Assembly (NCBI RefSeq): GCF_963506605.1 | Contig: NC_083278.1 | Location: 40,300,001-40,364,000, forward strand | DNA: 64,000 nt | Reading direction: 5' to 3' | DNA from: Zootoca vivipara | Lineage: Eukaryota | Shown here: piece by piece, positions 1 through 16,678 of the stretch | Numbering within the stretch: position 1 is the stretch's first letter | How the letters are laid out: each line of letters begins with the position of its first letter | Program-made: the position numbers and the translations under genes | The notes under the pieces: model-generated | Seen by the model: only the letters and a program-made list of their open reading frames with translations | What the model was told of the DNA's origin: nothing | Database searches by the model: none

Positions 1-2559
1 GACTCTGTCTACACATTACTACTTACAGCACAGTTAGGTAGTTAATTTTCACAAACCAGATCAAAACTGGTTTTGGGGAAAATGCATCAAAAAGCAGTAG
101 TTCATCAGAAATGGCCAGATAGATACAGGATGCTGATTGTGGCTAATGTCATGTGTACACAGCATTCTAAACCAGCAATGGAAATGCACTGGGTGCAGAA
201 TAAACAGGGATGTGTATACAGCCCAATGCAGTTTCTGATGTCTCAAAGCATCACAAGTGTATCATCTACCAAGGGAATAATCCTGATATGTAGGAGTGGC
301 TGCCTGGATTCTTGCTGCAATTTTTAAAACCTCTCTAATTTAATTTCCTATGTTTGGTAGAAATCTGACTCTGCTCTAGGGAAGGGTTTTTTTTTTGCTG
401 TGGGATGCAGCCATTACTTTGCAGCATTGTTGAGTATGACTAGACTATATTACAATGAAGGGAACAAAACACTATTTGCCTACGGTGTTCTCCATCTCCT
501 CCTCTGAGATGATTCATTCATCTGCCTGTTCTGTATTTTAAGGTGAACAATTGCTTTAATCTTTGCTGACAAAGGGCAAGGTCAAGCAATCTAATCCACC
601 TGCTTTCTACAACAGATGATAAGATGGAAAAAGCAGGGCTTTTCTTCTGATACGATCTTTCATTTTTAAAATGTAAGTATTCACTACAATTGCTTTTTAA
701 CATTACCTCTTCAAACCCTCACACATATGCAAAGCTTAGTTCTTTTATATATCAGAATTATTGTTCATGGAAAGATACAATAGGATAGTAGTACCGGTAG
801 CCAGTCTTTTGATAAAGACTAGATACAATGAACTTACAGTATATTCTCAAGCATCTACTCAGCAGTGAGCTTTGTGGAGTTTAATGGGACTTGTTTGGCT
901 GCAAACATGCCATACATTTAAAACATATTCGTGCACGCACACACTCCAAAAAATAACAATGGAAACCATAGGTTTTTTAATGGTGCTGGGAACTGTAGCT
1001 CTGTGTGGAATAAACTACAGTTCTCAGGATTCTTTGGGGTACGCAATGTGCTTTGAATGAGTGAAAGCATATTTGCATCTAGCAAAAGGCTCTTGGGTTT
1101 TTTTTACATTTATAGTTTATTTTAAAGATTTTTTTTACATTTATACTTATTTTTAAGTTAAGAGGAAAAATGGCCATTTGCTGGTGTGGTTTGAATCCAA
1201 GCCACATCTGCAAATGGGCTTCAAAGGGGTCTACCAATCAGCTGATTGACTGTTACAGTGAGCCCCTGCCCACCTTTAAAAGTTCACCTATGGGAAGGGA
1301 AAGGGATTAAGGATCATGTCTCTCGGATGGATCCAGTTCCCCACACTAGAGATAGAAAAATACTGAGCTAGATAGATCAATGGTCTGCCTTGATATAAGG
1401 CAGCTTCCTACATTCCTTTGTTTTAAATAAAAAAATATCTACAATAACAGAAAGAGTGGGAGGGGAAGCACTCTGTGAATATGAATACAAACCTCAAATT
1501 ATAATACAAAGTGATTTTTTAAATAAAATTAGGTGTGACCCAGTTTAAAACTAAGCACTTCTAAGCCCCACTGATTTCAACATAAAAGAGAAAATCAAAT
1601 GCCTAGCTCTTTCATTTAAATCCATCAGCCGCAAATGTCCTTAATTTTTATTGTCTGTAATTGGAGTGAGGAAAGTTTTGAACCATGTTTTGATTTTACT
1701 CCAGATAATCACAACGGCAACACACACAAGGGTCTTGTGAAAGCAAGCTTCTAATCTGAATTGCACATTATATGATGCAACACAGCAGATACGATCTTGT
1801 CTGTTGACTTTTCAGCTCAACTACCATTAGCTCAATATGTGTGCTCATCATTGAGAATATGAGAGGGACAACATGTATGCTCCTCCTGATATTGCTGGAG
1901 TATAAATTTCCTAATCCCTGACCACTGGTCATGGTTGTAGTCCAACAATATCTGGAGGGACACACAAATTCTCTATGGCTGCTATAGGTCTTCAGCATCT
2001 CTGCATATGCACACTGGGCACCACATAAAAAGTTTCTCTTCCCAGTTTCATCTCTGCGGGGATATAGTCCCCCTGCTTGCATTAGTAGGCAACATTTTTA
2101 ACAGGAGCTTTCCTAGTTATATGGAAAAGAACGGAATTCAGCTAATATTATTTCTTTGTTTACTTCTCTGCGGATTCATCATAAAAGCTGTTGCCACAAT
2201 AGCTACCAGTACAGCAGTTGAAGTGCGAGTTAAATATTGACAGAAAACACAGATGGCCCATTCAGTTCTCTAGTACCAAAGTAGATTCTCCGCATTTCCT
2301 TTCTAATATTTGCACGTGTGCAACTAGTGGTGCACGTGAATTGCATTCATAGTGGCTGGCGAATTCTCTTCCTTTAAAGTTCTCTTCCTTTTAATCCAGC
2401 AGTTGTGCAAAAGAAAGAAAGAAACACCCCAACAGGTGTCGCTTCTTCTTACACCTGTTAAAAGGCGCAGGAGGCCCGCTCTGGCGTTTGAAGCCAAAGA
2501 CATTTTTTTGGAGCCCGCTTTACAGAGCAATCTTCAGTACGTTTACTCAGAAGTCGGTC

Positions 2560-3150
2560 GCCTCTTTAATTTCCTCCCGCCTTTTGCATGGTTGGCCGCA
2601 TGCTAGCTGCCAGATTATTGTCATGGTCCCACTGCGGTGAAGACCGAAGCTTTTCGCAACTCCTGCAGTTTCTCTACACCCTCCGTTCCCCTAATGCGGA
2701 AACAAAGCGGGGCGGGGGTGGGGTTTAACCCTTCATCTGAAGCGGGCCTGGTGCCTTCCAGACGTTTGGACTTCAACTCCCATCAGCCTCAGCCGCGGTC
2801 CAAAATGGCCGGCCTGACCGGGGGCTGATGGGAGTTGTAGTCAAAGGCGTTGGGAGGACGTTGCTTACTTAGAATAGAGCAAAGTGCTGGCTTAGGCTTC
2901 GGAGGCGAGCGAGAGAGCGAGCAGGAGACGACTTTCCCCTAGGCCGCCCCGTGCGAGGAGCAGATCCCGAAGGTGCCCCGCTCTCCCTTCTTTCCCTCAG
3001 GTCGCAGCTGCAGTATGGAATGCGGTGCCAGGTTGAGGGAGGTGTGGGGCTTGTGCTCTAGTCAGCTGGCTTTGAGCTTGTGGGTCTGGACTGGAGTATC
3101 AAGAGGGTCGCGCGCACTCATGGTCCCAAGGTTGCTTGCCAGCCAGGACA
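2560..3150 (+). promoter_or_regulatory. CpG-rich promoter / 5' non-coding region of SMIM8
   Basis: Local GC and CpG enrichment against an AT-rich background about 1 kb upstream of the SMIM8 ATG. Contains GC boxes (GGGGCGGGG) and a YY1-like AAAATGGCCG at 2802-2811. Boundaries are approximate. Confidence 0.6.
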
Positions 3151-3725
3151 GGCGCAAGTTGGGGTGGGGAGAAGCTCAATAAATATTTGTGCAACTTGGT
3201 GACCTACAGCTAGTTTTCCCCACTTTTGTTATGCCTGCTCTCTCTGCAAAGTGGGTAGCGAGCCACTTGTTTTCTTAATACAGTATCTGCACAGTGCCTA
3301 GAAAACTTGAGGTGAGGTTATATATAAGTTTTGAAACTTCTGGTAGTGAAACTCCCACAGCGAGAGGGCTGGGATTATATTTGATGGAAGATGTAAGGCC
3401 TGCTGCTGCTCACATTGTCATTTACCTGGAAATAAACTGCTCTGGGATTGGATGGATTTACTGCCAGGTAAAGTATGGATATGAACAGACTATGCAACAT
3501 GTTCCTTCTTTCAGGCTGGAGCTGAAGCTGGGACCCAGATGGGCTTGAAATACACATAAATAATATGCTTTCAAAGTGGTGGGGGAAACTCATTAACTGG
3601 CTAAACACTCTGGCTGTAGTTGTGGCAGGATTTGTAGGAGTTGAAATGCATGTGCTGCTCCTATGGTTTATTTACACATATACAACCTGAGCCTAAGAGG
3701 AAAGGGCTCACAGCATAACACCCTA

Positions 3726-3929
3726 GTTACATGTAGGTAGCCGTGTTGGTCTGACATAGTCGAAACAAAATAAAAAAATTCTTTGCAGTAGCACCTTAGA
3801 GACCAACTAAGTTTGTCATTGTTATGAGCTTTCGTGTGCATGCACACTGTGTATCTGAAGAAGTGTGCATGCACACGAAAGCTCATACCAGTGACAAACT
3901 TAGTTGGTCTCTAAGGTGCTACTGGAAGG
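3726..3929. mobile_element. Penelope-like retroelement pLTR remnant, inverted pair
   Basis: Minus-oriented segment (3726-3848) followed by a plus-oriented copy (3849-3929). Flanked by the 14-bp TSD AGCATAACACCCTA (3712-3725 / 3930-3943). Same family at 14121, 22854 and 51008. Confidence 0.75.
3851..3888 (+). ncRNA. Minimal hammerhead ribozyme motif (Penelope-type)
   Basis: GTAT-CTGAAGA-A-GTGTG-CATG-CACAC-GAAA-GC-TC-ATAC: stem I GTAT/ATAC, CUGANGA and GAAA cores, stem II, palindromic AGCU stem III. Predicted cleavage after C3884. Confidence 0.7.
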
Positions 3930-4089
3930 AGCATAACACCCTAACAGAACTTGCTTCTCCCTCAGTCACAGCCTTGGATTCCAGCACGAATCAAGCTGTG
4001 TATTGTACATTTTACCTTTATACATGTTTTTAGAACAGAACCCCTAAGCGAGCTCTTACCTAAACCAAACTGTTTTATGCAGCAGTAAG

Positions 4090-4842
4090 ATGTCTTCAGC
4101 ACCTCAGCCTCCAGATTTACAACATGAAGCACCCAAAGAGAAAGACTATCGAACTCCCGGATTCCGAAGTGTCCGAACTACCACCTTGTTCCGTGCTGTG
4201 AACCCAGAACTCTTTATTAAACCTGTAAGTAGCTTTTTAAGAAATAGCCTTGATAAGTAATGTAATGAATGCACACACACATATTACATTTAATTATAGA
4301 TTGGGTTGTTGTTTTTTTAATTCACAAGCAACACTTGCTTTGATGGAAAGAAATGAAGTTGGTAACTAGCTAATCAGAAGTGTGTGGCATATTTAGAGGT
4401 GGGGGGAGCCAAACTATCTCCAGTGTGTTTTTTAATGTTCACAGAATGGGGAAATTGTTATGGTGTATGTACATTCATGATCTAATAACTAGCTACTGTC
4501 TACATTTAAGCATTCTATAAATACATGTTTTGACTATGGAGTTGGGTAAACTTCATTAAATCTATGAAGTAAAGTGGAGTTAAGTGCACCAAGATTTTGG
4601 TTGCAGTAGTTATGTAGATATACTTCAAAAGAGCAATGACTATGGATTTAAATACTAGTGTGTATTTTTTCTTATCTTCACAGAACAAACCAGTTATGGC
4701 TTTTGGGCTTGTAACGATTACTCTTTGTGTAGCCTACATTGGATACTTGCATGCACAACAAGAGAATAAAAAAGATCTTTATGAAGCTATTGACAGCGAG
4801 GGAAAGCGACATATGAAGCGGAAGACTTCTAAATGGGATTAA
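4090..4842 (+). CDS. SMIM8: Small integral membrane protein 8, 97 aa
   Basis: join(4090..4224,4684..4842) with a GT-AG intron. Translation MSSAPQPP...[41 protein letters not shown]...KRKTSKWD matches the recalled SMIM8 (C6orf162) sequence. Confidence 0.96.
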
Positions 4843-5079
4843 AGAAATGCATGGCTTGCACATGATCTGCATGTAAGGCGACACAAATAAGTGGTATATT
4901 TTGTGACTTTTCAGGATTTTGTGTGGAAAGCCAGCATTTTTCTAGGCAATAATGGATGTTTCTTTTGAAATATAATCCCTTTTAATAACTAGGAAAAACG
5001 ATATTGCCTGTACCAAATAAAAACCCAGCATTATTAAGAAATGTAATATTTGGAACAACTGTTGCAGATATTCTGAGAA

Positions 5080-5256
5080 NNNNNNNNNNNNNNNNNNNNN
5101 NNNNNNNNNNNNNNNNNNNNNNNNNNNNNNNNNNNNNNNNNNNNNNNNNNNNNNNNNNNNNNNNNNNNNNNNNNNNNNNNNNNNNNNNNNNNNNNNNNNN
5201 NNNNNNNNNNNNNNNNNNNNNNNNNNNNNNNNNNNNNNNNNNNNNNNNNNNNNNNN
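5080..5256. other. Assembly gap (177 N)
   Basis: Run of N bases. Confidence 1.
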
Positions 5257-5763
5257 ACAAATTTTTAAGAGCAGAAAGGATAACAGAAAATCAGAAAAAG
5301 AACAATACATAACAATAAAAGCCATACAATAAATAACCTATAGAATAGAGCCAATTAAACAGCAGCAAAAAGCATCATAATCTGTCATATTATCTGGAAG
5401 ATAACCTAAGCTTTTATTAAATGCTTGACTATCCTGTGTAAACTACTTTGGAGAGCACACAAAACTTTTTAAAGTTATTCATTTAAAGGATCTAAAATGC
5501 TTTTGTGAGCAAAGCTTACCCAGCCTAGCAACGGTTACTGGGTGAGAAGTTAGCCTATATTATGAGACCTCTCACAGCCACATGATAGGCAGAGCTCCTT
5601 AACACCAGGGCTGCAGCTGAAGCGGGTACCATCTTGCCATCAAATAATCTCACCAAACAATGGTGAAACCTCTCTCTCTCTCTCCCACTAACATGCACAG
5701 ATTCTAAGAAGACAATTAATTCAGTTTAGGCTATGAGAACTAAGATTTCGCTTCCTCATCTAG

Positions 5764-12853
<7,090 letters not shown>

Positions 12854-13373
12854 GCTGAATGACAACCAGGAAGGAGTTCTGTCAGTTTGCTGCAGCCATC
12901 TAGTCTTGCTGTAGAGGAGTTGCGTAACTGTTGGGGAAGGAGGAGAAATAAATCCATCTTCTCTCACTAAGGTATAATTGTGTGTCTGTGTCTATATTTC
13001 CCTTGGATAACTCATGAACTCCCCTGTGACTAAGATTGTGAAGATTCTTTGAAGGGTCGATGGAGAATCTTACTTCTGTATACTAAATGAGAGCTGCTTC
13101 TGTAAAAGTTAGGGAGCATGAATGTCTCAATTGGAGCCCTGAAAGTAGCAAGCATGCCCCTGGACATGTGCAGAGAGCCTATCCTACATTGCCACTGGGT
13201 TAACTGTAAGCTGCCTCCATACATATTTTATTTGAAGATGATATACCGGTACTGCCAACTCAAGAAGGGTGGCTTCTAACAACTGCAAGCCCCAGCACCT
13301 TTAAAAAAAGAAAAAAGAAAGGGGATGGAGGAGCTAGCAAATTGCTCCTGATTTACTGCAACACATTCTAAGG

Positions 13374-13688
13374 CAGGGTCCCCAAACTAAGGCCCGGCAG
13401 CCGGATGCGGCCCAATCGCCTTCTAAATCTGGCCCGCGAACGGTCCAGGAATCAGCATGTTTTTACATGAGTAGAATGTGTCCTTTTATTAAAAATGCAT
13501 CTCATTTGTGGGGCCTGCCTGGTGTTTTTACATGAGTAGAATGTGTCCTTTTATTTAAAATGCATCTCTGGGTTATTTGTGGGGCATAGGAATTCGTTCA
13601 TTTTTTTTAAAAAAAATATAGTCCGGCCCCCCACAAGGTCTGAGGGACAGTGGACCGGCCCCCTGCTGAAAAAGTTTGCTGATCCCTG
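13374..13688. mobile_element. hAT (Charlie-like) non-autonomous element
   Basis: CAGGGTCCCCAAACT...AGTTTGCTGATCCCTG and 8-bp TSD TTCTAAGG. Has an internal duplication of about 60 bp and lies inverted relative to 10447-10695. Confidence 0.85.
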
Positions 13689-14120
13689 TTCTAAGGCTAT
13701 GTGTACCTATCATAAAGGTGGCAAAGCTGTGGACTTCCAGGTGTTGCTGGACTACCACTTCCATCACCTATAAGCTCATTGGTCTTGCTGGCTGGAGCTG
13801 ATGGGAATTGGACCCCAATCAGATATAGCTGTGCCCTGTTAAAGTGCATAAAAGTGTTGAGCCACAGCAAATCGATCCCCACCCCCCATGACTTTTTGCA
13901 GTTAGGAAAGTGATTTGGAAATGAAGTGAAAGATGCAGAATGATGATTGATGGACACGAAAGCACTATAAGCTCAATAAAGAGCAGACACTGTATAATCT
14001 GCATCAGCAAGGCCAGGGGGCAGGGCGGGTCTTGTCGCCTGGCAGCCCAGGACCTCCATACACACTGCCCAAGCTTGCATATCAAGAGGTCACTGCTGTG
14101 CTGCTAATACAGCAAAAACA

Positions 14121-14270
14121 GTTACAGGTAGGTAGCCGTGTTGGTCTGAGTCGAAGCAAAATAAAAAAATTCCTTCAGTAGCACCTTAAAGACCAACTAA
14201 GTTTTTATTTTGGTATGAGCTTTCGTGTGCATGCACACTTCTTCAGATACTGAAGGAATTTTTTTTATTT
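14121..14270 (-). mobile_element. Penelope-like pLTR remnant with short inverted end
   Basis: Same family as 3726-3929. TSD TACAGCAAAAACA (14108-14120 / 14271-14283), extendable by GTTAC. 14248-14270 is an inverted copy of about 14158-14180. Confidence 0.75.
14213..14250 (-). ncRNA. Minimal hammerhead ribozyme motif
   Basis: The reverse complement is identical (38/38) to 3851-3888. Predicted cleavage after the minus-strand C at 14217. Confidence 0.7.
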
Positions 14271-15129
14271 TACAGCAAAAACAGTTACCAGTTAACAGTT
14301 TCTGCAGCCACAGCAGTGGTGTGATTCTCCAGTGGTTTGACTTCACACACCCCCCCCAAGCTGTACCCCATTGTTTTTGACGCAGGCATATGCCAACAAT
14401 GTTGTCCTGTGGGATTGTCAAAAGGATCAAGCTGACTGCATTAATTAGATTGCAAATAATGTTCCCTTGCTCTGGATTCACTTTAGGAAAGTCCTTCCAT
14501 AGGCAGCATGCTGAAAACAATTCTCGCAATCTCATGTGGCCCTAGTCCAGTAACTTGGGGTTTGGCAATGGCAAACAGTAACCAGTGTGTCCAACTCAGT
14601 AGTTCCACAGTAGAGGCTATTAAGAGGGATGCAGAAAACAGCTTCCAAATGCCTCTTAGGTGTATTTGGGAAATCACAATCTCTTGAGTTTTGTGTGTTT
14701 TAAAACCTAGCACATAGCTGCTAGGACTAGATGCTGCTTTGAAGAACATTTCTCTGGCTGCGTTTCCAGCAAGAACAACAAAGAATGACAGGCTGGCGAT
14801 GCATCCTCCAGCAGGATGGCACGAGTGCTTGGAGACCCCAGTGGGCTATTACGATTCGCACTGTGTCCTGTGGGATGCGGTGGCATAGCCAGGGGAGGAC
14901 AAAGGGGCAGCTGCTCCCCCCCCCCCAGATCAAGCAAAACAACAGAAATACTTAACTAACTGACCAGTCACGTTGGTCCTGCTCCCCCCCACAAAAGTCC
15001 TGCCTCCGCTAAGCAAGTCCTGCCCCCCCCCCCAAAAAAAACCCTAGCTACGCCCATGGATGTGTGTATGTGAGAAACAGCTTTCAGCCAATATTGCCCC
15101 CCATAAAGTGGGGAGGACAGTGGGGGGTG

Positions 15130-15560
15130 TTCCCAGCAAGCGTGGGAACAATAAGCTCCGCGGCGGGGAGGCAGGAGCTCACAGCGGTCGGGAAATAGGT
15201 TAAGTCCCCCAGCGAACACGTGCGCGCCCATTCCGAAGACCGCTGAGCCTGACCAGAGACAGTGCCGCCTCCGGCCTTCTAGCTCCGCCTACCTCAGGGG
15301 CCCAGGCGGTCTCCATGGAGACGCGGCTCCTACGCGGAAACACCACGCGGGCGCTTCTTCCCTTTCTGGGGCCGAGGCAGGAGGCTCCGAGGCGCGCCGC
15401 CGCGTCAGGCGGGAGGGGAGAAGCAGGTAAGTCTCGGTGCTCGTCGGGGGAGGAGGATGGGAGGAGACTGCCGTTATTTCCAGACACTGGAGAGCTAAGG
15501 ACGGGTCGGGGGGGGGGGGAGTTTTACTGGAGCCAGGTGAGCGGGGTGGCAGATCATTCA
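15130..15560 (+). promoter_or_regulatory. CpG island promoter and non-coding exon 1 of CFAP206
   Basis: High CpG density, X-box palindrome at 15309-15322, and a strong donor CAG|GTAAGT at 15426/15427 upstream of the first coding exon. Confidence 0.75.
15309..15322. promoter_or_regulatory. RFX X-box
   Basis: Perfect 14-bp palindrome GTCTCCATGGAGAC resembling the X-box GTTGCCATGGCAAC, in the promoter of a ciliary gene. Confidence 0.65.
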
Positions 15561-16678
15561 CATACAGTATTGTTATATGCCTTCAAGAGGGTCGCCAGTA
15601 TCCCCCTCCCTCATCCGCTCAGGACTCTGGTGTTTTCCCTTGCTGAAATTCAACAGCTGAAGTTTTCCCACTGCTGCACTTCTGGAGAAGGCCCGGGGGG
15701 GGGGATTAAGCACCTGCTGAATTTATTCATGTCTGCCGCACAGCTATGGGGCAAAGGAACCCCACCAAGCGGGAGGAGGAAGCGGGTAATAGAGCACTGT
15801 TTATACCAGAAATAATAATAATAGCAGCAGCAGTAGTAAATTTGTTTACTACCCTATATCCGCAGGTCTCAGGGCGGTTAGAACATAAAATCACAAAATA
15901 GATAACAAAAACAACTCAATAAACCTGCACCCCTCCCTAACATTTAAAAAGGGCATGGGCTGTAATTAACTCTGGAAGCCCAAATAATGTAATGTGGAGC
16001 CCAAATAATGTAATGTGGACGGGACACAGCCAGGCAATTCTGCCATGGGTGCCAACATTTTTCTATGTAGCTGTGTATTTTTGTAATATTTTGTCTTAAG
16101 TTGCCTGTTGTTGCTTCAGTTTTCTGTACACTGCTTAGATATATTTTAATACATTAAGCAGCATAATCAAAATCAAATGGTAGCGGTGTAAAACCCCAGC
16201 CCATGCCCTTTTCAAATGTGTTGGGAAGGCGGGTTATTGGGTTGTTTTTTGTTTTTATTATGTATTTTGTGTTTTTATATTATGATTTTATGTTGTAACC
16301 AAAATACCTTGTTACCATGTTATTTTCAATTAACTGTAACATGTTATTGTCTGAATTTACCAAAATACCCTTTGATGGTAATCTTCCTACTGTACTCCAA
16401 AAATGTAACCTTTGTAACCCAATACAAAAAATAATGCCACTATTTTTCCCTTGCTGCAAGTGGTACTGGGATTGTATGTATAATCCCTAACTAAAGTACT
16501 ATATAATATATTGTTTCTTTATGCATCAATAGGCAGGTTCTTCCCAGGTTCTTGAAAACTTAAAAGATTGAGGAAGTTTTAATTGAATGTGCAATCACAA
16601 TACTGTCAGTTAAAGCTTCTGTGAAAAAAATTACCATGTATTGTTACACATGAGCCCTTCATCTCTTGATAATGCAGA

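Noticed and set aside
1-2500. Coding exon of an upstream neighbour such as GJB7
   Set aside because: No connexin-like or otherwise recognisable ORF is present; only short random ORFs and repeat remnants.
4942-5325. ORFs spanning 4942-5325
   Set aside because: Artefacts of the N gap.
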